Below are positions 1-13,190 of a DNA stretch of 64,000 nucleotides, one piece after another. The notes beneath the pieces were generated by a model. That model searched no databases. It was given only the letters and a program-made list of their open reading frames with translations, and was not told where the DNA came from. Positions within the stretch are counted from its first letter, which is position 1. Every line of letters begins with the position of its first letter. This DNA is from the human T2T-CHM13v2.0 reference genome, Homo sapiens: the NCBI RefSeq assembly GCF_009914755.1, contig NC_060931.1. The stretch is one strand, 5' to 3'. The position numbers and the translations under genes were made by a program.

Positions 1-137
1 GTGCACACCTGTGGTCTTAGCTCTTCGGGAGGCTTAGGTGGGAGGATGGCTTGAGCCCAGCAGATCGAGGCTGCAGTGAACTCTGATGATGTCACTCCAG
101 CCTAGGTGACAGTAAAACCCTGTTTCAAAAAAAAAAG
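1..137 (+). mobile_element. Alu right arm (AluJ-like), truncated by window start
   Basis: GGTGGGAGGATGGCTTGAGCCCAG...GCTGCAGTGAAC...CACTCCAGCCTAGGTGACAG followed by A tail. Confidence 0.9.
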
Positions 138-238
138 AAGGAAGGGAAGGGAGGGAAGGGAAGGGATGGGGAGGAAGAAAGAAAGAAAAGAAAAGAGAAA
201 GGGGGGGAGGGAGGGAGGGAGGCAGGAAGGAAAAGAGA
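138..238 (+). repeat. GA-rich low-complexity purine tract
   Basis: GGAA/GGGA/GAAA runs extending the Alu tail. Confidence 0.85.
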
Positions 239-599
239 ACCACTGAGTTTTCTGTTATGTATATCCATTTGGCAAAGCTACAAGTGTTGATGAAAAAGCT
301 GTGAAAAAGTTAGCTTCCGTATTAAAGTGGTAGATTAGTGATGATTAGAAGCATGCCCTCCAGCACCTTCAACTGAGGCACAAGCCCAGTGGTGAAGGCT
401 GCAAACGGTTGATTGCCTGAGATTCCAGCTGCCAATTCCTGCATAGAACCGTGCAAGTACTTTCATCAGGAGTGTTACTGTTTCTGTGAGTACTCTGATT
501 ACACAGTTCCACAGGTTTCGTGTGGTTTTCCCAGCACTATTTTTCCCATTGGTCCTGTTATTTTTAGTGCATGATGTTTTTATAATTAAAAAATAATAA

Positions 600-1465
600 T
601 TTTTTTTAATTATACTTTAAGTTCTAGGGTACATGTGCACAACGTACAGGTTTGTTACATAGGTATACATGTGCCATGTTAGTTTGCTGCAGCCATTAAC
701 TCGTCATTTACATTGGGTATTTCTCCTAATGCTATCCCTCCCCCAGCCCCCCACCACATGACAGGCCCTGGTGTGTGATGTTCCCCTCCCTTGTGTCCAA
801 GTGTTCTTGTTCAATTCCCACCAATGAGTGAGAACATGCAGTGTTTGGTTTTCTGTCCTCGTGATAGTTTGCTCAGAATAATGGTTTCCAGCTTCATCCG
901 TGTCCCTGCAAAGGACATGAACTCATCCTTTTTTATGGCTGCATAGTATTCTATGGTGTATATGTGCCACATTTTCTTAATCCAGTACATCATTGATGGG
1001 CATTTGGGTTGGTTCCAAGTCTTTGCTATTGTGAACAGTGCCGCAATAAACATATGTGTGCATGTGTCTTTATAGCAGCATGATTTATAATCTTTTGGGT
1101 ATATACCCAGTAATGGGATCACTGGGTCAAATGATATTTCTAGTTCTAGATCCTTGAGGAATCGCCACACTGTCTTCCACAACAGTTGAACTAATTTACA
1201 CTCCCACCAACAGTGTAAAAGCGTTCCTATTTCTCCACATCCTCTCCAGCATCTGTTGTTTCCTGACTTTTTAATGATCGCCATTCTAACTGGTGTAAGA
1301 TGGGACCTCGTTGTGGTTTTGATTTGCATTTCTCTGATGACCCGTGATGATGAACATTTTTTCATGTGTCTTTTGGCTGCGTAAATGTCTTCTTTTGAGT
1401 AGTGTCTGTTCATATCCTTTGCCCACTTTTTGATGGGGTTGTTTTTTTCTTGAAAACTTGTTTAA
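600..1465 (-). mobile_element. 5'-truncated L1PA element (ORF2 C-terminus plus 3' UTR)
   Basis: ORF 811..1413 translates to the L1 ORF2p C-terminus ([39 protein letters not shown]); the TTATACTTTAAGTTCTAGGGTACATGTGCAC 3' UTR end and T tail lie at ~600. Confidence 0.95.
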
Positions 1466-1764
1466 GGCAGAACACATTTTTTTCAGGGATGAATAGATGT
1501 TATATGATGTTATATATAACAGAAATGTATGACATCATCCCCATTTTACAGCTAAGAAAACAGGCACCAAGAATTAAGTGATCTTTCTAATGCTACACAG
1601 CAATTAAATAATGAAACCATAATTTTAATACACTTTGCCTTCAGATTCTGCCTTCTGATGGACTAATATGATATTTTAAATGAATATTAACATATCTGGA
1701 AGTTTTTAAATGTGTCCACAAATGCTTTGACTCTTCTCCCTTCAAAAGGTAGATCCACTTCCTA

Positions 1765-3275
1765 ACATTGGCCTTAGCCATGATTTCCTGGATATGACCC
1801 CAAAAGCACAGGCAAGAAATGGAAAAATAGAACAAGTGGACTATATCAAATTTAAAAGCTTCTGCACAGCAAAGGAAACAATCAACAGAGTGAAAAGGCA
1901 ACACACAGAATAAGAGAAAATATTGGCAAGCCATGTTTTTGATAAAGTGTTAATATCTGAAATACATATATATGGGACTTCTTCAGCTCAAGAAAAAAAA
2001 CAAATAACTCAATTTAAAAATGAGCAAAGGACTTCTATAGATATTTCCCCCCAAAGAACCCATATAAGTGGCCAACAGGTATGTGAAAAGATGCTCAACA
2101 TCACGAATCATCAGAAAAATGCAAATCTAAACCACAATGAGATATTACTTTATAACTATTGGTATGGTTTGGCTGTGTCCCCACCTAAATCTCATCCTGA
2201 ATTGTAATCTCCATAATCCCCAAGTGTTGAGGGAAGTACCAGGTAGAAAGTGATTGGATCAGGGGGATGGTTTCCTCCATGCTGTTCTCATGGTACTGAG
2301 TGAGTTGTCACAAGATCTGATGGTTTTATGAGGCACTTTCCCCTGCTCTTGCTACTACTCTCTTTCCTGCTACATGTGAAGAAGGTCTCTGTTTCCCCTT
2401 CGCTTTCCATCATGATTGTAAGTTTCCTGAGGCCTCCTGGCCATGCAGAATTATAAGTCAATTAAACCTCTTTTCTTTATAAATTACCCAGTCTCTAACA
2501 GTTCTTTATAGCAGTGTGAAAATGAACTAATATACCTGTTAAGATAGCCATTATTTAAAGAAAGAAAAAGAAAAAGAAAACAGCAAGTGTTGGTGAGGAT
2601 GTAGAGAAATTGGAACCCTTGTACATTATGGGCAGAATATAAAATGACACAGCTCCTATAAAAAGCAGTATGCAGGGTCCTCAAAAAATTGAAAATGGAA
2701 CTACCATATGATCCAGCGATCCCACTTCTGGGTATTCAGCCAAGAGAACTGAAAACAGGATCTTGAAGAGATATTTGCGCTTCCACGCTCATTGAAGCAC
2801 TATTCACAGTAGCCAAGAGGTAGAAACAACCCAAATGTCCATTGACAGATGAATGAGTAAGCCAAATGTGGTATATACATTCAACAGAATATTATTCAGC
2901 CCTTAAAAAGAAGGAAATCCTGCCATTTTTGACAACATGGATGAACCTTGAGGACATGATACTAAGTGAAATAAGCCAGTCACAGAAGGACACATACTGC
3001 AAGACCCCACTTAAATGAGGTATCCAAAGCAGTCAAACTCACAGAAGCAGAAAGGAGAATGGTGGTTGCCAGAAGCTGGAGGAAGGGAGAAATAGAGAGT
3101 TTCTGTTCAATGGGTACAGAGTTTCAATCACTCAAGATGAAAAAGTTCTAGAGATCAGCTGTACAACAATGCACATGTATGATAGTTAACAATAGTGTAC
3201 TGTACAGCTTAAAAGTTTGTTAACAGGGTAGATTTCCTATTATGTGTTTTGTACTATAATTTTTTTAAAAAGCAA
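1765..3275 (+). mobile_element. L1MB-type 3' fragment, interrupted by a THE1 LTR
   Basis: Degenerate ORF2 end and old L1M 3' UTR motifs (ACTACCATATGATCCAGC, ACATGGATGAACCTTGAGGAC, AAAAGTTCTAGAGATC). Confidence 0.85.
2160..2534 (+). mobile_element. THE1 (THE1C/D-like) solo LTR, MaLR
   Basis: Starts TGGTATGGTTTGGCTGTGTCCCCACC, ends TATAGCAGTGTGAAAATGAACTAATATA; internal ATTAAACCTCTTTTCTTTATAAATTACCCAGTCTC. Confidence 0.9.
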
Positions 3276-3389
3276 AAAGAAATAGAGCTTAATCCTCAGT
3301 ACCCCCTTTGAGTGCACGCCAAATTTAATAACTCATTCTGACAAGTAGAATAGGTAAGGAGACTGTTCCACAGCAACAAAGAAGACAGT

Positions 3390-4400
3390 GTGGCTTGGGC
3401 TACATCAAAATTAGAAACATTGTTCCTGCAAACAAGAAACTACCAAGAAAGTGTAAAGCCAACACACAAATGGAATAAAATACTTGTAAATCATATATAT
3501 GATAAGGAACTTGTATCCAGAATACATGAAGAACTCATACAACTCAGTAATAAAAAGACAACCCAATTTTTTAATGGGCAAAGAATTAAATAAACATTTC
3601 TCAAAATATCTACAAGGGACCAGTAAGCACATTAAAAAGTTGCTCAACATCATTAGTCACTAGGGAAATGCAAATCAAAACCACAGTGAGATTCCACTTC
3701 ACTAGGATGGCTATAATCAAAAAAACAGTTAACAAGTGTTGATAAAGATATGGAAAAATTGGAACCCTCATACACTACTAGTGGGAATGTAAAATGGCGC
3801 AACTCCTTTGGAAAACAGGCAGTTTCTCAAAATGTTAAACACAAAGTTACCTTACGACTGAGAAATTTTACTTTTATGTATATACCCAAGAGAAATGAAA
3901 ACAAATGTCCACACAAAAACTTGTACATGAATGTTTATAAGCAGAATTATTCCTATTAGCCAAAAAGTGGAAACAACCCAAATGTCCATCAGCTGATGAA
4001 TAGATAAGCAAAATGTGGTATATCCATACAATGGAATGCTGTTCAGCAACAAAAAATAAAATCAATATATGCTACAACATGGATGACCCTTGAAAACTTT
4101 AGGCTAAGTAAAAGAAGCCAGACACAAAAGGCCACATATGTGATTCCATTTATATGAAATGTCCAAAATAGGCAAATCTATAGGGACAGAAAGTAGCCAG
4201 GGGTGAAGGGAGGAGGGAATGAGGAGTGACTGCTTTGCATTTTGGAGTGACAAAAAAAATTCTGGAACTATTAATAGACAGTAGTGATGGTTGTACAACC
4301 CTATGAATATACTTTAAAAAAAAAAACACTAGATTGTATACTTTCAATGGGTGAACTGCATGTCCTGTGAATCATATCTCAAAACATGTCTGGAAAAAAA
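3390..4400 (+). mobile_element. L1MB7/8-like 3' fragment
   Basis: GAAATGCAAATCAAAACCAC, AAAAGTGGAAACAACCCAAATGTCCATCAGCTGATGAA, GTGAATCATATCTCAA end. Confidence 0.85.
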
Positions 4401-4548
4401 AGACAATGTGGTGTTTGCCTTGTTCCTCCTTTCTCCTGGATCACTTGCTCTGGGGGAAGCCAGCTGCCATGTTGGAATAAGTCCACATGGTGAGGAACTG
4501 AGGCCTCCAGGCAAAAGCCATGTCAGGGAACCATCTTGAAAACAGATC

Positions 4549-5147
4549 TGTCTTTGTCTATTTGTGTTGCTATAAAGAAATATCTGGGGAGGGAGAGCAT
4601 TAGGACAAATACCTAATGCATGCGGGGCTTAAAACCTAGACAATGGGTTGAGGTGCAGCAAACCACCATGGCACATGTATACCTATGCCATATATATGCA
4701 CATTCTGCATATGTATTCCAGAACGTAAAGTAAAATTAAAAAAGAAAGAAAGAAAGAAAGACCTGTGGCTGGGTAATTCCTAAAGAGAAGAGGCTTATTT
4801 GGCTGATGGTTCTGCAGGCTGTCCAAGGACCATGGCATCTGCATCTGCTTCTGGTGAGGACCTTGAGCTGCATCCACTCATGGCAAAAGGCGAAGGGTAG
4901 CAGGCATCACATGGCAAGAGAGGAAAGAAAAAAGGGAAGGGAAGGAGGTGCCAGGTTCTTTTTAACAATCAGTTCTTAAGGCAACTAATAGAGCAGAATA
5001 CTCACTCATTACTACAGGCAAGGTTCCAAGCCATTCATGAGATATCCGTTCCCATGACCCAAGTACCTCCCATCAGGCCCTACCTCCAACAATGGAGATC
5101 AAATTTCAACATGAGATTTGGAGGGAACAAATATCCAAACTACATCA
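4549..5147 (-). mobile_element. MSTB-like solo LTR with 5-bp TSD AGATC, containing an L1PA 3' fragment
   Basis: TG...CA termini; AGATC at 4544-4548 and 5148-5152; MST motifs GGTTCTGCAGGCTGT and CCCATGACCCAA...CCTCCAAC. Confidence 0.85.
4587..4760 (+). mobile_element. Short L1PA 3'-UTR end inserted in the MST LTR
   Basis: GGGAGAGCATTAGGACAAATACCTAATGCATGCGGGGCTTAAAACCTAGA...GCAAACCACCATGGCACATGTATACCTATG, then A/GAAA tail. Confidence 0.9.
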
Positions 5148-5811
5148 AGATCCTTCCTTCCCAGCCAACACTTCAGATGATTGCAGTCCCAGCCAACATC
5201 TTGACTATACTGCCATGAGAGACCCTAAGCCAGAACCACCAGCTAAGCTACTCCTCGGTATTCCTGACCTTCAGACTGTGTGAGATAATAAATGTTTGTT
5301 TCTCTAAATTGCTAAGATTCAGGGTAATTTGTTTTACCACAATAGACATACTCTTAAGTAAAAAAGCACGTAGCAAAACATTATGCACACTGATTTCTTT
5401 TTTATTTAAAATATATCTGTGCCTATGTAGAAAAAAATCACAGATATTGCTATCTCTAGGTGAAGTAACTATTTGCTTTTTTTAACTTTATTTTTCTAAT
5501 TTTCTACAATGACTATTTTTTGTTTCTGTATTAAAAAGCAATTCGAGTTACTTTTAATTTTTTATAGAATAAATATAGTACAAGGTAGGGAAAGGTTTTG
5601 ACAATGACTCAGACATGAGATGAAGCCTTGCACCAGATGCAAGAACAGTGTGAAAAAAGAGAATATATGCAATGTTCTGAAAGAAGAGAAAAGGAGGACT
5701 GATGGGTGACCTCATACAGGAGATGAAGAAACAGGAGGAAAAGCTGGGTCTACACAGTTCTCAGTGACTGCAGTTTAGTCACTCCATTCTGTGATTTAAA
5801 AGTGTGGATTC

Positions 5812-6079
5812 TTGGGAGGCTGAGGTGAGGGGATCGCAAGGTCAGGAGTTCAAAACCAGCCTGGCCAAGATGGTGAAACCTCTTCTCTACTAAAAATACA
5901 AAAATTAGCCAGGCGTGGTGGCAGTCACCTGTAATCCCAGCTACTCAGGAGGCTAAGGCAGATAATTGCTTGAAGCTAGGAGGCGGAGGTTGCAGTGAGC
6001 CAAGATCATACCACTGCACTCCAGCCTGGGCAACAGAGAGAGACTCTGTTTCAAAAAAATAAAATAAATAAAATAAAAT
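5812..6079 (+). mobile_element. AluS (5'-truncated)
   Basis: Dimeric Alu body with (AAAAT)n tail. Confidence 0.95.
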
Positions 6080-6092
6080 AAAGCATGGATGC

Positions 6093-6514
<422 letters not shown>

Positions 6515-6639
6515 TCATTTCTTAAGAAGGATGAAAGAGTACCATCTTAGGAACACTTGCCTTAACTCCTATTATCATAGCCCAGGGCCAGATGGAGGCT
6601 TCAAATATATTCCATCTGTTGCATAGCCACAGTTTATTA

Positions 6640-6830
6640 CACAGTTTCTAGGCATCAGCACTGAGCTCCATACTTAAGTATGTTAGCTCAGTTATTCCTT
6701 ACAACTTTTTGTGTAAGTGTTCCTTCCATATTTTAGAGAAGAGAAAACTGGTCTTTAGAGAGGCTACATTACTGGCCAGAAGTGTCACAACTAGTTAATA
6801 GCTAAGCTTGGCCCTGAACCTACTTCTGAC
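6640..6830 (+). mobile_element. MIR fragment
   Basis: ATTTTAGAGAAGAGAAAACTGG...GTCACAACTAGTTAA MIR core. Confidence 0.6.
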
Positions 6831-8419
6831 AAAAGAAACAGAAGAACCCCTCTAGCAGCTGGCTATATGAGCACCTCTCCCAGGAAAGGGTAGGGATGTA
6901 GAAGGCAACATGACACCTGCTCCCTTCCTGAGAAGGTTTGTGGGGCTGGATCCCACCTTCAGTACTCCAGCTGCTCCTAGTGCCACGACCCTCTGGAAGG
7001 CTTTGTCTCACTGGCAGTAGCTATCATGGCATTAATCATTCAAAGCTATGAGCACTGACAGGCTGTAAATAATTTTAAAAGTATAAACCCTGTCTATCCT
7101 TACTACCGGAAACCAGTTGGACTCAAATTCCTCCTATATTCATTAAAATGAAGAAATGTGTTTATTATAAAGGCTAAGACACAGGAAAAAAGTAATACCT
7201 CAGGTGAACATTTCTTCAGTTTGAAAACCAAACTTGCACTGTGGCCAGCGAGGTTCGAACCCAGCAGCAGAGGGTGGTGGGTTGGTTGTGGGTTTGTCAT
7301 TCTGGTTTTTTTTCCCCCACTTTCACTAATGTGAAGGAGGTTGGCAACTGTTTGGTGATAAAAGAGGAGGAAATTGCAGCACCTCCAAACAGCAGGTGCC
7401 AAAGTTCTATCTGTGGGAATATCCCAGAGAAGAGGAGCCTCATTAAACCATAGAAAAAAAGAAAAACATTAAATAAATAATGATTTCCAGAAAAAGGAAA
7501 GCTAGAAACAGATGTTTCTCAGTGCTCGCAGGGATGTTGTACTGGAATATGAGTAAAAGAGAAGTAGAAATGTGTTCTACCAAGCATCCCTCAACTGGAT
7601 GAAAAACAAAGAACAAAAGGAGGGAAGGAGAGTAGTGAGGAGGACGGAGAAGGGATGGGCAGGGAGGGAGGGATGTGGCGGGTGGGTGGAGGAGGCTAGA
7701 GAAAGCAAGAACAAAGATCAAGGAGAAAGGAAGGAGAAGAGGTGGGGAGGAAAATGAGAGAGAGCCCTTGAGTTCTTGCTGGAACTCCCGGAGAGCCCCT
7801 TCACACTGGAAGAAAGAGGGCCTTTCTCAAAGAAGCCTTTACACTTTTTCTCTAATGTCTTCATTTCCCGCAAGCGATTTCTGAGAGGGAAAAAATCTTC
7901 CAGTCTTCAATGAGCACCAAAAGTTTGAGAGGGACTCTCTTAATGAGTTTCTTAACCTCTGGAGTGAGCAGTGAGTTTTATGCTATAAGCAGCCCTCTCT
8001 CTGATCCTACACACACATATGTGCACACACGTGCCACCATGCATACACAGGTATGCACACCCACACCTGCATACGAACACATGCACATGCACACTCACCC
8101 TCTACTTTGGGCAACCCTGGAACCCACCCCTTTAAGCACCCATGGCCCCCTGCTTTCCCTACAGTAGTCCGCCCGGAGCCTTGTCTTCCTCTGAAACTGC
8201 ACCCAGTGCCTTGGAATTCCCATACCTTCCCATACCTGCCCCAGGAAAATATTTTTGTCCTGTATACTCCCCCTAGAAGAGCAGTTTAAGATTCCTACCA
8301 GAAAAAAAAAAATCAAAATGATCAATCACTTTTCAAAAAATAAAAGGAAAGAAAGCAGTGGGGAGAGAGTAAAAAGGAGGGAGGGAGAGAAGCACGCAGC
8401 CCTCACAAAGAGCCTGTAA

Positions 8420-8605
8420 TGGGTACCTGCTGTGCTCAGCGTTTCATGCAGACCCTCTCATTTTTCCTCAAAACAATATAAGGAGGTGGATTTTATTATC
8501 CTCTTTTGAAAATAAGGAAACTGAGGCCCAGAATTGTTCAATAACTTGTCCCAAAGTTCACAGTTACATCAGAACCCAGATTTAAACCAGACAAACCTGC
8601 CTCTG
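8420..8605 (+). mobile_element. MIR fragment
   Basis: TATTATCCTCTTTTGAAAATAAGGAAACTGAGGCCCAGA...CCCAAAGTTCACAG. Confidence 0.7.
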
Positions 8606-8928
8606 AATATGGAGATAAGAGACTCGTGTGAGGGGAGAGGGGGCCCATAGGAGCAACTGAGTTAATTTTTTCTGAATGTAGAGATTGCTGCTGAACATGG
8701 CACTCCCTGAAAGAAGTTAGACGGGTCTGGCCTCTCTGGCACCTCGTCAAAGGGTGGCAAATTCCCAAGTCCATCCTTGCTTGTGTTTGCCTCGTTGCTG
8801 ACTCCGTTTTGATCCCCTCTTGTTTTCTTCTTTCCCATGTTCCTGTGCTGTCCGGCCAAATTCCAAGTGTTCTTTTAAGCCTCCGTAAATCTCCAGTTTA
8901 AAAAGCCTCCTTAGAAAAGCTACGTAGA

Positions 8929-9392
<464 letters not shown>

Positions 9393-9819
9393 TCAAATCA
9401 AACTTACTCTGCCATTGATTTTCTGAATGAGTGTGGTCAGTTGTTACTCTGTAAAGTGTGACAATGGGATTTTCCATGAGGTGTTTTAGAAAGGTTTTTG
9501 AAGTGCTTGGGTGAAGAGAACCACAATACGATCTTTTTTTTTTAATGTCAATACCTCACACCCACTTTTCAGTAACCTTTTAAGAGCAGCTGAAGCGTGC
9601 TATGCTCTGAAGCTGCTGATCGCAGAAAGAGAAATCGGTCACAGCAAGTACTTTAGGCTCTTTAAAATCAGCTAACAGAGCCCATCTAAGAGCTCTCTCC
9701 TGAGTCCCAGTGAGGCCCTCAAGGCCCCAAATTTTCCTTTGCAGGATAGATTATCCTCACCCCACAATAGAAGTTTGGCCCTCAGGTCACAAACAGGCCT
9801 CCAGCCTGTTTTGAAACCT

Positions 9820-9985
9820 GTGTTCAAATCCTGACTTCACCACTTACTAGCTACGTGATCTTGAGCAAATTATTTCACCACTCTAATCTCTATTCCCTTG
9901 TCTGTGAAATGGAGACAATAACAGTACTCACCCCAAATTTCATCATTGTATTAAACCAGATAATGGATGTAATGTGCCCAGCAAA
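9820..9985 (-). mobile_element. MIR fragment
   Basis: TTCAAATCCTGACTTCACCACTTACTAGCTACGTGATCTTGAGCAAATTATTTCACC...CTGTGAAATGGAG. Confidence 0.75.
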
Positions 9986-11646
9986 CGTGCACTGCAACTC
10001 TCCACATTATGAGCAGCAGCTGTGTGCTGCCCTTCGGTCGTGTGCTCATCTTCTCTCTTCCACAAGACCCTTCTTAGGGCAGACACAACAGAAGATTGGA
10101 TGAAGAGGGGGTTTATTTTGGACCTACAGACTGTGCTGGAAACTCAGTTTTACTGACAGAATAATGAAAGTCACACCTTTTCACCTTTTCAAGTTACCCC
10201 TTTCCCTAGCCTCTGCCAGAGATTGGACATTATCTTCCTCAAAGCCACTACCAATTACCCTCAATACTCGTGAGGCATCCTCCATCTTCCTCCCTGTGGG
10301 GTTCAAGCAGGTCACTGTTGCATGTGGAAACCAAGAGCAAGTCTCCACTCAGCTGGAAAGTCAGGACTGGACCATCTACATCAAAGGCAGAGGAATTAAA
10401 TACCCAGGACTTCCCCCTCTGCCTCTTGGTTCCTGCTCTTTATAGAATGTGAGTCCTTGTTATGGGGTTTGGGAGACCGCAGATTTAGAAGGAATTGTGG
10501 GGGAAGCAACTGCCGTTTGCACAAGCGCTTGACCAGGGCTGCTCCTAGGGTGTGTGGGGCCCAGGCAAATATTTTTTTTTGCAAAGCCCTTATCTACATA
10601 AACTATTTGAGTCACCAAATCAGCATATCCACACCACCTGGCAGCCCAATTCTATGTGATCCTACAAAAGAAATACTAGCTGGCCAGCAGGAACTATCTG
10701 CTCTCCAGGCTGCCCCCCTGGAACTGGATTCCTAGTCCTAGTCCATGTCCATGTCAAGACAACGTGATTGACACAAGCCTCAGTGGTCCTGGGCCATCTG
10801 GTTAACCCCAGATCCAATGGTAGAGAATGGGAGAATGCCCAAAAAGGGAGAAATGGGCACCAGGAATAACATGGGCCCTGAGACAGAGCCAAGGAATCCC
10901 ACCTGGTTGGTTCTGCTAACTCCTGCCTGTCCCAGGCATTAAAGGGAAGTTATTTAATAGAAAAGTTCAAGGGAGTCACTCCAAAAAGTAGAGCCCCCTG
11001 AAGTGCAAGCCCATGCCAGGAGCCCAATTTATCCAGGTCTCAGGACAGAACTCTGATTCCAAAGCCTCCATGAAAGTGTGCCTCTCAGAGTCAGGCTAAA
11101 ATTCTAAATTCTATGCCAGACAGTCTTTCTCTTCTTTTGTTACCCCAGCATCTCAAGGACTATAGCTATGGACTAAGAGGACAAGTGCTATCACTGTGAA
11201 CTATTTGCTGTGAACTATTAGTGACCTGGCAGATAGAAGTAAAAGCAATTGGGGCTGAATCTAGCAAAAGGGCAAGCCAGCTCAATCTTATTAGGAACTA
11301 TTTGCAAATCCAGTGTTTTTGCTTGAAAATTTCTAAGCTTGGACTCCCATTCGGGCCTACCCCTAACATTTACAGCCCTGGGGCAGTAATACAAATGGAG
11401 GCCCCTGGCCCACAACCCACCTCTCATGCCTTTCTCTCATGCCTCTTCTAGTTCTGCCCAGATCATAAAGACCTCTTCCATATACATGTGTACATCTCTG
11501 TCTCCCTGCAACCACGGTCCCTGCCAAACAACCACTTGTCGGCCACCCTCTAGGCACACAGATGGCACTATTAGCCCTCAAAAGGGCAAACCTTAGTGTT
11601 TGGGCAGGGAATCCCAGTGTCCCTGACACTGAAGGATGGTCTAGAA

Positions 11647-11867
11647 CAGCAGTGTCCAATCTTTTGTCTTCCCTGGGCCACACTGGAAGAAAAAGAATTG
11701 TCTTGAGCCACACATAAAATACACTAACACTAAAAATAGCTGATGAGCTAAAAAAAAAAAAAAAATCAAAAAAATCTCATAATATTTTTAGAAAGTTTAC
11801 AAATTTGTATTGGACCACATTAAAAGCCATTCTGGGCCGCCTGCGGCCCGCGGGTTGGTCAAGCTTT
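11647..11867 (+). mobile_element. MER30 (hAT-Charlie non-autonomous DNA transposon) with 8-bp TSD GTCTAGAA
   Basis: GTGTCCAATCTTTTG...GGGCCACACTGGAAGAA...GGTTGGTCAAGCTT; identical GTCTAGAA at 11639-11646 and 11868-11875. Confidence 0.9.
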
Positions 11868-12756
11868 GTCTAGAAGTAGTGGGGGCATGGGCTCCAGGTG
11901 GGCATAATCCTGGTCTCCTGAACTTCTCATCCCATGGGGAAGGCACAGCCAGAGGAGAGCCAGAGCCGGGCTCTGGAAAGCACGGGCCCAGAGCAGAGGC
12001 CCTGCCAGCCTGGGTTTAAGGATGCCACACCTCACCCGATGATTTCCAAAACCAAGTCCTGCTTTTCAGTTTCTGCTTCCTCAGCCCACTCCCCAGCTGC
12101 CCCTTTTCTCTCAAGTGTAAGAATTCCTACTTCCTGGTTTTGAGCCATCCTGAATCTGACCTTGAAGCTAGTGTTATACAAGAAAGGAGATAACATATCT
12201 TTTTTAAAAGTCTACAGAACCTGAATATTTATGATGTGACACATCAAGATGTCCTGGTAAAGAAATGTAATTCTTGTCACCTATGGCTACTGAAAAATGA
12301 CTTTCTGGATACACTGGTAGCACTTTTTATCTTTCACAGGCTGACAGATAATGGGACTGCGGGTTTTAAGCCATAATCTCCTCATCTATTGTGGTTCCTG
12401 GAAACAACAATAACAAAAAAATGGCATTGTAGCTAAGCTCTGTAGTGGACAGAACAGACAGGCAAATAAAATAACACTCTATGGCAAGAAGCCTCAGTCC
12501 TGTAAGAGTTCTGAGGTACTTTACACTCTTTCCAGGGGAATTGATTTTGCTCCATTTCATGGACTGAGGATACTGATAAAGAAGCAGAAGGGTAACTATG
12601 AGATTTGCCCCATGAGTCAAACCCAGTGTTGGCAGAGTCAAAGTTCTTTACCATCACAAGATATTGCAATATGAGGACTTAACAAATGGATGTGATCTTT
12701 CTTCTCTTTGAAGCCACATAACACTTTCATTGTAACTTCCTTATGGTGGTTGGGGT

Positions 12757-13190
12757 GTAATAAAGAAATAAGTATTTGATCTTTACTCCTGGTTCTTGGT
12801 ACACAGCTCCTACAACCTTTGGAGCCTCCAGAGTGATGAGTGTCTTGTGTGTGCTAATGAGATGACTGGTAGCTGGGCACCCCAGATAGCTTTGGGATGT
12901 GGATTGGTTGCCAGAAAGATCAAGTCTTGATTAGAAGCTTAAAGCTTTCAGTCCTACTCCCCAACCTCAAGAAAAGGGAGAGGGCTGGAGATTGAGTTAA
13001 TCACCAAGGGCCAGTGATTTCATCAGTCATGCCTAGATAGTAGAACCTCCAGGGTTCAGAGAACTTCTGGATTGACAAATGCATCCATGTGCCAGGAGGG
13101 TGATGCACTCTAACTCCATGGGACAGAATTGAGTTATTGAACTCCTAGCTGGTATCCAGAGAATTGGTTATTGGTGTTGAAAAACACCCC
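12757..13190 (+). mobile_element. MER21-family LTR (internally deleted)
   Basis: GCTAATGAGATGACTGGT, GGGCTGGAGATTGAGTTAATCACC, GAGAATTGGTTATTGGTGTTGAAAAACAC; homologous to 29595-30680. Confidence 0.75.

Larger units (their letters stand above)
1705..5347 (+). mobile_element. Fragmented MLT1 (MLT1F-like) MaLR LTR in pieces at ~1705-1760, ~3280-3350, ~4405-4548 and 5148-5347
   Basis: MLT1-type motifs GGGGAAGCCAGCTGCCATG, GGTGAGGAACTGAGGCCTCC, GAGACCCTAAGCCAGAACCACCAGCTAAGC and GAGATAATAAATGTTTG occur in colinear order, separated by younger insertions. Confidence 0.65.

Noticed and set aside
245-575. Possible ancient Tigger-like fragment flanking the L1
   Set aside because: Only vague resemblance; I could not confirm termini or family.
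811-1413. 200-aa ORF, the longest in the track
   Set aside because: It is the C-terminus of L1 ORF2p in a 5'-truncated L1PA copy, not a host gene.
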